This document shows, piece after piece, positions 44,401-57,006 of a DNA stretch of 64,000 bases; the stretch's first letter is position 1, and each line of letters starts with the position of its first letter. Source of the stretch: Polymyxa betae A26-41. Its lineage: Eukaryota > Protista > Endomyxa: Phytomyxea. The DNA lies in assembly GCA_003693705.1 (NCBI GenBank), contig RBZT01000832.1, forward strand, positions 1 to 64,000, given 5' to 3'. The notes beneath the pieces were generated by a model that did no database searches, was not told the DNA's origin, and saw only the letters and a program-made list of their open reading frames with translations. The translations under genes and the position numbers were made by a program.

Positions 44401-44504
44401 ATGCGCAAGTCCAGCAACAGCAACGTTCCCGAAAGCAAGCTCAGACGCAACGCTCCCAATTACAGAACCTTCAGACGCGTCGAGTGAGACTCACTTCACG
44501 TTGA
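41464..44504 (+). CDS. Very Gln-rich, basic low-complexity protein with an N-terminal helical domain; 5' end unresolved
   Basis: In-phase short introns join exons at ~41464-41575, ~41620-41688, 41740-42287 and 42341-44504. The last exon is ~720 codons dominated by Q, R, K and N with no stop. Confidence 0.75.
43605..43695 (+). repeat. Coding 18-bp tandem repeat (QQNAQR-like, ~5 units)
   Basis: Variants of CAACAGAACGCTCAA(A/C)GA repeated head-to-tail. Confidence 0.85.
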
Positions 44505-44623
44505 AAGCGGTCTTGATATAAAATTCTCATTATTGAGGTTTATAAAGCTGTTTAAATTAACAATCGCACATGATAGATTTAGCAACCGCGCATGACAGAT
44601 CTAAAAACCAACTTTAGTGCACT

Positions 44624-44982
44624 CTAGATGAAATAGATTGCTCTGAAAAACGAGTAGCGGTCGCGTCAGCCCAAAAGGAAGTTGAAAACAAAACACGCGA
44701 AAGGGAGAGTTTACCCAGCCGCCAGAAAAGTACCAAACATTGCAGCAGACTGTGCACACGTCTTGGCTATGACTTGTAGCCGTTTTCCTTTATTCCCCGG
44801 TCCTAGAACAGATAACCCGCCAAACAGAATGCCGATTGTGCTACCAAGAGCGGCGCCTACTTCTATAAGAATAATCTCCAGCGGCCAGCGATTCCCTTAC
44901 CCATTCCGAAACCATAGGCAGCAGTGTAAGCACAGCGCTTCCACCTTCCTGGTCGCTCATGCTGGGGATCTGTGTACGCCAT
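44624..44982 (-). CDS. ROMO1: ROMO1/Mgr2 mitochondrial TIM23-associated protein (3 exons; absent from the ORF track)
   Basis: Exons 44982-44901, 44856-44715 and 44642-44624 give MAYTDPQHERPGRWKRCAYTAAYGFGMG|AALGSTIGILFGGLSVLGPGNKGKRLQVIAKTCAQSAAMFGTFLAAG|AIYFI*. This matches the Romo1 pattern GF-x-MG...G-x-LFG...KT-x-x-QS...FGTFMAIG. Confidence 0.85.
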
Positions 44983-45188
44983 GACGTTTTCGAAAAATGA
45001 AATGGTCAATTGACGCAACAATTGTTTCTCCGTAGCAGCCTGAGTTGTTTTCGTTACAATGCCATATTATGGGCTGCTGAAAAATTGCAGCTGAACGCTC
45101 TACTGTAGCACTAAATTAGAGTCATAAATTATAATGCAATAAATATGAATATTAACATTGTAGATTATCGTTTGCAAGAATACATTAT

Positions 45189-45877
45189 TCAGCTGTCACT
45201 GTTTATGGGAGCGGCTGAGTCAGCTCGTCTTCGCTTCCTCTCACGAAGCAGGGCTCTACGCTGCTCAAGCTCTTGTTGCCGTTTTGCTTGCATCTCGTTG
45301 AAGCGTTGACGAGCGAGCTCAGTCTCCGCCTCCACTTCTTTCACCATCTGCTTCTCAACATGCGTCAGCGTCTTCCGGTATTGGTTTAGGAGCTCATCTT
45401 TGTTTTGTGATTTCGTAGGCAGCGACTCAACATCGGCCCCAGCTGGGACAAACCCGGCTTCCTCTTCCCAGTTCTTTCTTTCAAAGTCGATTAATGAGTT
45501 GTCATCATTGCTGCCCATGTTGGCAAGCTTTTGATACAGTGCAACTTTCTCGTGCATTCGGTTTACCCTTTCTTCAGCTTCTTTTGCTTCCTAGCAGAAT
45601 TTAGATTCAATTAGAGATAAAAACAACGATTAAAAACCTGCATGGCAGCCTTCTGGTCCCTGGCAGCAGTTTTAGTCGATACACCAAGAGCTGAAGGTTT
45701 CTTTCGAGGCTCGTGAGGAGCGCCTGACTTCAGCTCTTGTTCAGCGGCATAGAGCGTTGCTTTCAGACCCACGACCGATGCCTGATCAACCTGAATTGGG
45801 CGAGCTTGGCGAGGCTGGACCGCCGACTCGGTGATCCAGCCCATGGAGCCGACGCTCCTGCCAGCATTAGACGACAT
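45189..45877 (-). CDS. CCDC174-like coiled-coil protein (2 exons)
   Basis: SMGWITESAVQP...ASVVGLKATLY and HEKVALYQKL...SLIDFERKNWE resemble the CCDC174 family N-terminus. Confidence 0.65.
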
Positions 45878-46180
45878 CTTCAAGTGCTGTCAGAAATACG
45901 GACTGCGATTTTTGTAAAACTTGTAAAGGTTTTTCTTGAATGGACGAATACTACCGAGCAGCGACTTGAGTGTATTACAATAAACTTATTATTGATAAAT
46001 TTGAGAGGGGAAAAAATGTAAAAGAATGGTTTAGGACTTGCCAGATTCTTGGATGTTATAAAATTGGAAAACAAACCAGAGAACGTTATAAGTAAAAGGA
46101 GACACAAACTGCCAGAGCCATAAATTTGCAATAGATCTGACCTGTTGCTATAATCATCGCAGTTGGCCGGCAATGCGATT

Positions 46181-47301
46181 ATGGTAATCATGACGGAGAC
46201 GATCAGGCCGATCCTTCCTGACTATGAGCCATCGATGGCCTTGATCCCTCCGTTCCGATTCGCCAATGTAGAGCCAGGCCTGACACGAGGCGCCTATCCA
46301 ACGCTCATGAACTTTCGGTTTCTGTCGTTGCTGAAACTTAAGACGATCGTCTGTCTGGTCCCTGAGAATCCTACCCAAGATCTTCTGGATTTCTGCTTGT
46401 TTTACGACATCCAGTGTCATCATTTTCCTGTTGCGAAATACAACGAAGCCGTGACATTGAAGAAAGAGGATATGATTTCAATTTTACAGGTTGAACATTG
46501 TTATCAGAAGGTGAAATTCGTTTATGCCCTTTCTAGGTGCTCATCGATAGTACAAATCTGCCCGTCTATGTTCTCTGTCTGGATGGTATCAACATTACTG
46601 GTAAGTTGGAAGTTAAGAACAAATCTAACTACCACTAAAAAATGGTTTTGCAGGATTGGTTATCGCATGCTTTCGAAAATTACAGAACTGGGGTAGATCC
46701 GCTATCGTCCATGAATTCTGCAGGTTTCTCTACCTTCCCTTTAATCAGGACTTTGAAACTGAATTCTGAACAGATTTGGCTTTGGAGTGGAAATGATCAG
46801 TGAAGGTATCTGAAGTCTGTGCTCTGAGTACATGAACGAATATCAACATTTGGTAGAGTTACAATTCGTCGACGACTTCGACGGCGAAATCGTCGTTCCG
46901 GGTACCTTAATCTGTTCGAGCTGCTGGGATAGGCTAACGATTGTGTAGATGAAATTCCTGAGTTTCTCTGGAACGGGTTAAATTTCGTGAAACATCCCAG
47001 CATAAAATTGGTTCAGGCCTCAGCTCTTCCCGAATCTGGAGCTTCGGCGATCCAGGACGTCGACCAAGCTGGTTACGATATTGATGATAAGGCTCAGCCA
47101 CAGCAGCAACCAGAAGACGATTCTATTGAGCATCGGCGCCGATTGTCACATTTCGATATCTTGTATTCGAACGAAGAAGACCGAATTCACGATAATCGCC
47201 TCCAGCACAAAGAAGCGAAGGAGAAATTCTCGCACTCGATTCGATCTCTTGCACTAGAATCTTCGGTTGCCATGCAATTTCGAACACGAATGGTCAGTTG
47301 A
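46181..47301 (+). CDS. Oca6/Siw14-family (plant-fungal atypical DSP) phosphatase-like protein
   Basis: LIPPFRFANVEPGLTRGAYPTLMNFRFLSLLKLKTIVCLVPE and PVYVLCLDGINIT|GLVIACFRKLQNW. Confidence 0.8.
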
Positions 47302-47508
47302 AAAAATAATCGATTTTCAAACTATTCCGATAATCATCCATAGTTGTCATTGATTGATTTGGATTCAGCTCAAGGCATTGCTCGGAGCCTGTAAGATGTC
47401 TTGAACTCTATGTCATGATTTCTCATGTGCTGACTTTGGGGGTTGCCACTTTGTACTGAGAGGTATCAAGGTTAATGGCTGTCAACGTATGCTTATTTAT
47501 ATTGTTTT

Positions 47509-50500
47509 CTAAAATGCTTCCGATTCATGCTGTACAGAAGGCTGTACCGATTGTTTTGTGGCATTACCCGTCGTTATCATCATTCGAACAATGCTGCAAT
47601 ATTCTTGTAAATTGGCTGCCTCGAGATCCCGGTCCCTTACTCCAATGCGAGTCTGATTGAATCCATAAAAATCTAACGCGACAGACATCCGGAAACTTAC
47701 TTTCAGGAAGCCAATCGCTTTGTTGAGACAATCGATTGCAGAACAATGAGTCTCTCCAACTCCTACAATACAGAGCGCCGCAGAAGCTATAGAATCTGCT
47801 AACACAAATGATGTCCCCGATCTGCTACTCATATCGAATGAGACGCCCTAATGGTGTATAATGAAAGACCCGCATCGTACGAAATATCAAACATACATCA
47901 ATCCGGCACATATTAAACAAAGCGTTGTGATGGATTGAGGTCAGGGCCGGTACAACCACATCAAAGAATGCAGCATAGCAGCGTATTGGCGTTAGCTTCT
48001 CCTGCAAATCCAGGTTGAGTTCGGATGTTGATGAGACCTGGCTAAGCGATCTCGTCAATCGTCGCTGGACAAACAATTCACTTAGAGCATCGACGCCATC
48101 AATTGGTATTGTTACCTCAATGGGAAGTGGCGCTCGTTCTGTTCCGATATCGTATTCACCAGATTCGCTATTAAACTGGCCAGCACAAAGGAAATTGAAG
48201 AAGCTGAATGTGACATGTGATGTGGTCATGCGTAGGTTTAAATCAACTGCCAGTAATGTCTACGATTGACGGTATCATTAAGCTGTAACATCTGCACCAG
48301 ACAATGAAAGCTACCGAGAGTTTTGTTGATTCGTTATAGCTAACGACAAATTCAACGCCGACATAGCCGATTACGCCGCGCCTGGCACAGACTTGCCCGA
48401 TTGCCATTGCTGAACGGCACAATTCGTCGTTGTCGAATGTCGATTGGGGACAGATCGCCCCAGAAACAACATAAGGCCGGCTACAACTACAATTAGTGTC
48501 CAGATCACAACAAACACGGATGTCGAATTGGATCAAAAAAGCAAGATGCATTACCCGAAGACTTGATCATGTGTTGCAATAAGTGAACAGTGTCCAACAG
48601 GATTAATGAATAGATTAACACTCGGTGATCCTGTTACAAATGAAGGACATGCTTCAATACATCCACCAACATGCCCAAGACGTGCAAAATATTGCCTCCA
48701 GCCGCCATCACCTGCATATACATTGGCGTGAACCAACTTCACTATGAATTGCAGTCGCTGCTTCAAGGAAGTCCTCAATCGCCGCCTGCAAACATTATCT
48801 GATTCAGAACTCCCAGTTTCGGATAATTAGGTGAGTCTCCTATTACCGGTTAAATGCGAGGACGTCGTCAGCAGTAAATTTAGTGGAAGTTTTAGATTCA
48901 TGCACAAGATCAGCATAGATTCGCAAACGAGGAGGTTCTAAATAAGCCAGTCCTCTTCCTCCATATTCATCATTGAGCTTGATCATCCATCGCTGTACCG
49001 TTAGATTCGTAATAATCAGCTGACTGAGATGATCACAGAGATCGTCTTCTGAATAAATATCATGTGTTCCGATCGGGTATTCAACAACAGCTTCGGCGAA
49101 TACCCGCTTGCATCCGGACGCTGGGAGAATTTAATGAAAGACTTAAATGGTGAAAGTTGTTTACCTGAGGATAAAGATCGTGAGATTTGAGGTTCAGGAC
49201 CAAGCATTGGGAGATCCAGAAAAACAGCAAGTTTCAGATCATAATCACCAACAATATGTGGAATGATGTATGCTGATTGTCCTTTAGTTAACGCCCGAAT
49301 TCGGTTCAGGCATTTCGATGAATAGTACAGAACCGTGGAGAGCGGCGTTGTCGGCGGGAACAGCTTTATTGCTTCCGGCGTCAGGAATCGCAACCTTGTT
49401 GATAACGATGGTGCTGGTCTTCATATTATTTCACATTCTGATAACTTTCACGTAGAAAAATTCATAATAGAGAATTGTCAACGCTGTAAGAAACAAAAGC
49501 GTTGTGAAAATCTGTAAGGTTACCTCCTCTCAGCTGCAATAATTGGAGATAATAACGCTGAATATCATCACTTATTGGTGTCAGTGATACATAGATGATT
49601 TCCACGTTGGGATCCATCAGATCAAACAGACGTGTCAGTTGTAGCGCTTGAACTCGGTCAAGATCATCGAGTGGGTTAGAGCTTGCTCTCTGTTGAGCCC
49701 GTTGTTCCGGTGATCTCCATACCGAGGTCAGATGCACAACAACACGGCGACGTTCACGAATCCGACTCCATCTAATAGCACAACGCCCTTTAAAAATTGA
49801 CCCCAAGACAACGTATAGAACAAAAACACCAGGTACACAATTTGCAAGCAATGTTGACATTTCAGTAATCCTGAATCTTGAATACCATACTTACGCAAAT
49901 CGTCAAAATAAGTCTCAATGGAACGAAAAAACCAAAATTAAAAATCGTGTGAGACAAACAGATTCACCTTCGCCGGAAAGCATCTTGTCTTGCCCTCCAT
50001 TTCATCAAATCCTTTTCCCATCGTTCGTCGATATGGCGTCGGGTCTGTCGGCGTTGGCTCCAGAGGCGATACGCGATGGCAATCGCTCGAGCGGATCGGT
50101 CTCGGAGCCGTTCAGACTTGAACCGACGACGCTGACGAGCCATGCGCCATGTAGCCTGGATCTGGACGGCAGCATCTTCACTTTGATTGCCACATCTTGA
50201 ACGGCCAGGACGGATCTTGACGTGATCCCGATTCGTGATGCATTGGAGCAGTTCTTGAGCTGTGGGAGGTCGGTCTGGTAATTCGGCGAGAAGGGCAAGC
50301 TGCTGGCCGTTGATATGAGCAAGTGCGACCCGATTAACGGTCATGATTTCCTCCAAGCGACGGATCAGAGTTTGAATGGCGCCCCAAATTGTTTCATAGC
50401 GTCTCCGGAAAGAGGTAAATTCGGGCGTTTGCGTGATCGCCGATCTGGATGAGCCGGAAGTCAGCGGCGATCATTATGAAATGGCGAACTCACCCGTGAC

Positions 50501-51903
50501 TGATTAGAAACTCGTGCAGGCTGTATGTGTCAAGAAGTTCGTTGAGATCTCGAGCTGGTGTTGGTGCTTCGACAAACGTTCGAAGCGATACCGAGTCAGG
50601 ATCGGGGATTGAATCTGGCACCGGCACTTGGAATAGCTGAGGCTCAATGTACCTTTCTTTCTTGACCTAACAACGCCATTAACCATGAGATGTCAGATTT
50701 TAAAAGACAATAACTTCATAATGCCTGCAAAAAACGAAATGATCTTCGATTTAGGCAGAAGTCAAGTTATGCATTTCGTTAGAAATGCTTCGCGTCAAAA
50801 ACATTAAACAAAACAATATCGATAATGGACTACCTTAAGAAGATCAGCGACTGCACCACGAACAGGTGTTTTTAAGTCCAGAACCACATTAGCCGGCATC
50901 GGGGCGCACGTCGCAACGAATCCATGCACGAATTTCTGGGCATTATTGTGCAGTACGACAGGTTGCAAACGTAAGCCGCCACGTTCGCCAACTAAAGCCT
51001 CGGTGACGTCAGCCTGACGAGGGACCAATCCTGAGCTGATCAGATGCAGAAGACCGCGCTTCGCGTCCTCAATCCGAATCGGAACAGGAGCAGATTGACC
51101 GTCACGTCGTCGTCGTATTGCTTCCAGATTAACAAGTCAGCGCCGTGATTTTTAAAATGTCTCGCCAAGCACTGAATCATTAAACGATAAAGAGGAAATG
51201 GTGAAACAATCCCTTAACAAGACCAATTTTGAAATCGTGAAACATAAATGACTAATTGTGAAATTGTGAAACATAAATGACCAATTGTGAAATTGTGAAA
51301 CATAAATGACCAATTGTGAAATTGTGAAACATAAATTACGTGTTGCCGAGTTTGCAGGAAGGCCACGATGGACCTTTCCATAATGGCGATGTAGGTGCCG
51401 AGCCTTTTCCTGTTGATGCTGTGATTCTGTAATCTCTTTAATTAGCTGGTCGGCTTGCGGACGGGACAACGATCGCGGTCGGCTAAGTTTCGTCACTGAC
51501 ATCGGACGATCGCGTTGAATGCCATCTTGGTCAACGGATGCTTCAAAGACGACCGTGGTCTTTCGCTGAAGATCGGTTTGTGCCTTCTCTATGGCCTGAA
51601 GTAGTGTGGTAGGATCCTGAACAGCGGATGTGTTCAAACAACGTCAATCAAAGACAGCCAAATCGAACTTTATGTTGTGAAGGGTCAGATTTAAATCTGA
51701 CAAGATCCGAATGGATCTGTGATAATAGTTTGCCGACGTCCTACGACATGAAATTACATAAGCTGGCAGTGCTGAAAAACCTGAAGCAAACCGACCCGAA
51801 GATGATAAGTTTGAATAGGATCGATCACAGGCGGGAGTCGTTGTGGTCGATGCCTGGAGTCATCAGAAGACGCCAACGCGCCGGGCGCTCGGCCTGCAAC
51901 CAT
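47509..51903 (-). CDS. IQCH: IQ motif-containing protein H (IQCH)-like, multi-exon
   Basis: YHLR|DVGKLLSQI, GLLHLISSGLVP, IQ motif AAVQIQATWRMARQRRRF, QLTRLFDLMDPNVEIIYVS, LSTVLYYSSKCLNRI...LPMLGPEP and GGCIEACP...SPSVNLFINP. Both ends are approximate. Confidence 0.85.
51221..51336. repeat. Intronic minisatellite, 4 x 29 bp
   Basis: Unit GACCAATTGTGAAATTGTGAAACATAAAT at 51221, 51250, 51279 and 51308, with 0-2 mismatches per unit and no spacers. Confidence 0.95.
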
Positions 51904-52080
51904 ATCACATTAACATTCCGGTTACGATCGCGTACTACCAGCGATCTTCCAATGGTGATCTCAATGTGCTATTCTGCAGGCATCTCGCAAGAACGTCCCA
52001 ATCACTGTTTGATAAAAGAAAAGCAAGAATAGCAGAGCAAACCAAAAGGCTAATCTACTGAATCTCCACGCTTGATCACG

Positions 52081-54333
52081 TCATGGAATCTTCATTGAAG
52101 ACTTTATAAAGGAGAGTTTGACAGCTTCGTCAACTGCTTCTATGGACAGATCAGAATGGCCAAGGTGCCCTCTATCATCGCAAATATTTATAAGCATAAG
52201 TGCATCTACTCGATTTTGGTGCCTTCTAAATCGTTCGAAATATTTCAGAGGGATCCAATAAGGCACACGTCGATCATGTAGTGAAGTGGTAATCATGACG
52301 TCAGGATATGATTGAAGTTTGATATTCTGCAAAGTTCAATTAGATTGTGTTAGTGAAACCTCAGAGATCGGATAGCATACCTGATATGGAGAATACGAGA
52401 GCATAAAATTTCCCATTTTTGGATTGTTGGGATCACCGAATTCATCTCTATCTTGTATTGATAATGGTAGAGATGAATTCAGTAACGGTGTGACAACATC
52501 AACAAAAGGGTAATCCATGATGGCAGAGCTGAATAGATTTGGGCGATCATTCATAACAGCCGCCACAGCCAGACCTCCAGCACTTCTGCCTGAAGCACAA
52601 ATTAAGGATGGTTGACTAATTCCCATTTCGATCAGATGCTCTATGCATTCAATATAGTCGGAAAAAGTGGTCAGTTTTGACGATAGCCTTGCTGATTGAT
52701 GCCTGCATTTAAATTCAGATTAAAAATGAATTGCAGACCCTAAGCGGTCCTAACCAGTTCTTTCCAAGTTCACCGCCTCCTCTGACAAATAATTAGACAC
52801 CAACTAAGAGCCATTTTCTGAAACAAACCGAACATGGCATAGCGCTATAACAAATCCAGCTTGTAGTGCAGCGATATGCTTCAGATTGAACTCTGATTCG
52901 AGACATTCTCCATAGGCGCCATACACATAAGCAATTACCGGTGAACTATAGAAAGACATGATGATTTTCATAAGACCCAGGACGAATCACCATTACCTGT
53001 GATTCAGTTGAAGCTGTTTCTTATGAAAGAGCGTAATTGGAATCTGCACATCAGAGCTTGCAGCAGTACAATGAATTCTTCTTGCGACAAAACTACTCAA
53101 AAGCGACTCGGCATGATGATGACGTAACAACTCAGCAAGTCGACCTTCACTGAAGTTGTATTCGTAAACGGTTTCAGGCTGAATGATGGATTCAGTGCTA
53201 AACCTGAATGTGTCCGAACCTGAAACCTAACAACCTGTTTTAGTTCACACGTATACAGTATATTAAAAGCTGTCACTTTGTTTGGCCCAGGGTGAATTGA
53301 TACTAGTTTATCAGGGCCAGAAAAAACTTCTCTGATTTGAAATGCAAAGGTGTCGAGAGAAATAACTCGATCGTATCCTAGCAGAATTTTAGCTTCTCAA
53401 AAGTGAGCAAATAAACGTACCATTTTCATTGATATGCAGAGCAATGAAGCTTTGTAAGAAGTCAGCATTCTTGATCACTACACCGGGCGGTGGAATGTAA
53501 ACATCTTCGAATACAGAGCTTCCAATTTCTGTTACAGGTATCCGAACCAATTTGTAGTTAACAGCGCCATCCAAGTTCGTGATTAAGTAGATATAACCAT
53601 CCAAATGCTCTACGAAGTAATCGACGCCATTCATTCGTGGTCGAATGCAGACAGGATTTAGAGCCGAATCCATAATCCAGCATTCAGTTGCGTTTTTTGA
53701 AGCCGAAGTTATTGTAATAAACCGCCCATCTTTGGTACGATTCACATTCAGCAGGAATCGCTCATCACGCTCTTCCAACAAGAGAAGCTCTTCTTGGGTG
53801 TCAACTCGATGGGCCATTACTCGATGGGGTCGCAGGCAATCATCGGCAGTGGCATAAACGATCGTGTTATTGTCACACCAAGCCCAAGAAGTGATATTCG
53901 ATATTCTGTTAGGCAAATGGCATCCGTCATGTTTAACTAAGATGCCCATTTGGGTCTCTCCATCGACCCCATCAGCTACTGTAAAACCCAATAAGCCTTG
54001 GTCGTCCGGGACTATAATGTTCTCAATCTGGGGTGCCTCTTCTGTACTAAACGCCCTAGGGTCGACAACCAATCTTCCTAATTCTCGGCACCATAATCCA
54101 TTCACTGGAGAATTATCTTCAACCGGATGGAAAAAGTATCGTGTGTGTGAACGTTGATCTGCAACGTCCATGCTTAGACAAGCATCATGAACGCGCTTCA
54201 TCGATCCAATTGTCTTTTCAAAATCGCTAGCCTGTTTGAAGGCGGAATAGCGCTGACGTTGTCGGGCAATTAAGCGAGAAAGCGACCGGGATGGCCATTG
54301 CATCCATTTTTGCAAATCTAAATGAGATTTCAT
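52081..54333 (-). CDS. Prolyl oligopeptidase family S9A peptidase (oligopeptidase B/protease II-like), multi-exon
   Basis: Propeller motifs RPHRVMAHR...LLLEERDERFLLNVNRTKDGRFI, then YVYGAYG, HV|RGGGELG and the nucleophile elbow GRSAGG. EFGDP, SYSPYQ, HDRRVPYW and GH complete the S-D-H triad. Confidence 0.92.
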
Positions 54334-54477
54334 ATAGACAGCTGCGGACTAGTTCACGTTTCTAGACCGAACTGGTCTCAACTTTCTGCATCATTTTCAT
54401 TAGTCAACAAACCAGCCCAACCAGAATGGAGAATTCGACGAAACTACCAAATAAGCCCAGGTTGTCGAAATATGGTT

Positions 54478-54808
54478 TTATCGATAGTTTGGTTCCGATA
54501 AGGAATCGAGGAAATTCTTGGAGTTGTTGGCTTCTTGGATGCGATCATACGTGATCAGCAGCACGAACATAGTCATGGCACCGAAAACATAGGCGCCGCC
54601 AGCGATCAAGGAAACCGCCGTCCAGCTTAAGTTCAATGGCTTATTGAAATCGACTCGCGCCTGGGCCATCTCGATCGCCTCTCCGCCTAAACCTACAGTA
54701 ACACATCGTTAGCGAAATCAGATGTGAACACAACCATAACCAACCTGCAACGATGGAGATGCATAGAGCCGATACAAACGCCACCGACAGCAGCTCGCGT
54801 ACACCCAT
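54478..54808 (-). CDS. 92-aa protein with predicted signal peptide and one transmembrane helix (2 exons)
   Basis: MGVRELLSVAFVSALCISIVAG joins in phase through a 52-nt GT-AG intron (54693-54744) to LGGEAIEMAQ...WTAVSLIAGGAYVFGAMTMFVLLITY...NYR*. Confidence 0.6.
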
Positions 54809-55280
54809 GAATCAAGCGCTGTGACGTCGTCGATCAGTTCGTACCGTCCGGCGCCGCCTTGGTGATATCATATCACCTGAAATAGTCTAATCCAATGCAA
54901 TCCATCCCGGCCACCAATACGTTCTGCTTGCAACAAATTCTATAACAATCCGAGGTGATGCACGGAATGACTCGAATAATCTAAAGATCTCAAGTTGTCT
55001 GAAATTTAAAAGTGCATTTTTGGTGTAAGAATGCTTATAGGCCATGAGAAGGCAAACGCATATTGTCCATCTAGGGTTTCTAATGTGTCATTAAGCGACC
55101 AGAGTGACATTCGTTCAGTCTTCTAAACAAGGTGGATTCTGCGAAGGTCGGCTCCGATACCAGGCGGTGGAAATGGCGCCGTTCGTGACGTTGTCGGGCT
55201 CTGTGACGCCGAGCAACCAGCCACCGCCCACCTCCAGACGTTGCAGCTTGGCCGTGCAGCAAGACCAATCGCGATCGAGG

Positions 55281-56888
55281 ATGGCGGTGATGTCGGAGCG
55301 GAATCCATGCGTCGAAAGAACGTTTCGGGGCCATCGCGGGCCCGTTCGTGCCGTCGCTTTCAACAGCAATATGAAACAGGTTGCGACCGCATCAGACGAT
55401 CATATCGTCACTGTCTGGAATTTCAAACCCGATATGAGAGCTTTCCGTTTCGTTGGTCATACGGTAGGTAGGATTGAAGAATTTCAGTTCATTTTAACAT
55501 TACGGCACACTTTAAAAACAAATCTTTTCCCGCGTTCATACCGTCTTATTGTGGTTGTGGTTATCTTGCTGTTTATTTCTACTGAAGATGTGCCGAACAG
55601 GCGTCTGTGCAAGGCGTTGATTTTAGCACAAGTGGCAGATTAGTCGCATCTGCATCGAAAGATGGGACATTGCGATTGTGGCAGCCGCGTGTCAAAGGCG
55701 CTTCATCACTGATTAACGCACATACATCAGCATCTGTATTTAGCGTCTGTTTCTCCAAAGATGAAAAATTCGCTCTCACAGCATCCAACGACAAAAGCGT
55801 CAAAGTTGGTAGCAGGGTCAATTTCGGTCGATCACGTATTGATTAAGTTTCCAGAAATGGGAGGTCAATACACATAGATTTCATTCGTCATTCCTTGGAC
55901 ATCAACATTGGGTTCGATCGGCTCATTTCAGCCATGACGGTCGTCTGATCGTTTCCGGAGGCGACGATAAGACCGTCCGACTCTGGGATGCACACTCGCC
56001 CAACAACATTCACACCTTCTACGAGCCCACAGGGTATGTTTAGAAATCGTTTGTGCAAAGCAGCTAAAATCTGAGTTCCCAAAGGCCTATTCATACGGTG
56101 CGATTTTACCCAGATGGAACATTGGTTGCTGGAGCTGGGCAAGACGGGTCTGTGAGCATCTGGGACATTCGTACGAATCGCCTTTTACAACACTATAACG
56201 CTCATAGCGGACCGGTCAACGCCATCGATTTCCATCCTTCGGGCAACTATCTAGTGTCTGCTTCAGACGACGCCACTATTAAAGTAAGGTGTCTTTATCA
56301 TTCGGAGAGCTTTATTTGACATTGTCGGAAGTTCTGGGATCTTCGTGAAGGGCATCAAATTTACACAATCCAAGGCCACAGTTCTAGTGTTAGAACAGTG
56401 ACATTTTCTGCAGATGGACATCATTTCGCCTCGTCTGGTATTTTCACAATTCCGCATCTAAAGATGGAAATTCCTAAAAATTTGCAGGGGACGACAAACT
56501 TGTCACGATTTGGAAAACGAATTTTGATAAAGAGATTCCTGTTGCTGCTCACGATCCAAATCCTAAGAGGACAAAACCTGGAGCACCAAAGCGAATCCAA
56601 TCCCGATCCGTTTTAGAAGGAGAAGCAGCGGCGTCTGAGGTATTGCAACCTGAACCTCAAAGTCGGGTTCCGGTTCCTTTGTCACCTCCTGAGGTGCCTG
56701 CTGCAGCTATTGTGGACCCTGGGAGCGGTGCTGAGATAGCGGCGACACTATCACGTATTGTGAACCAGCTTAATATCGTTCGCGATACAATGAAGCTCTT
56801 CGAGCAAAGATTGACAATGCAAGATTCCATTATTAATCAGCTAATGACAGAGAGGACATCAACACAGGCACCATCGACCTCGTCTTGA
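55281..56888 (+). CDS. POC1: POC1 (WDR51) centriolar WD40 protein, multi-exon
   Basis: [11 protein letters not shown]...MKQVATAS...[16 protein letters not shown], a series of WD40 repeats, and the C-terminal Poc1 coiled coil [24 protein letters not shown]. Confidence 0.93.
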
Positions 56889-57006
56889 TTATAATATATT
56901 CCATAAATATTGTTCCAATTATTCCCGATTTCTATAAATACTGAAGGTGGTATTGATGGGTGAAGAAGAGTGCACAATCACAAAGCTTTATGTAAATAAA
57001 ACGCTG

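Noticed and set aside
42382-44487. Leu-rich antisense ORFs and alternative frames in the Gln-rich exon
   Set aside because: The reverse complement of CAA/CAG codons gives TTG/CTG, so these are compositional artefacts.
51221-51336. 29-bp repeats as a possible CRISPR array
   Set aside because: The units are directly adjacent with no spacers, there are no cas genes, and the context is a eukaryotic intron.
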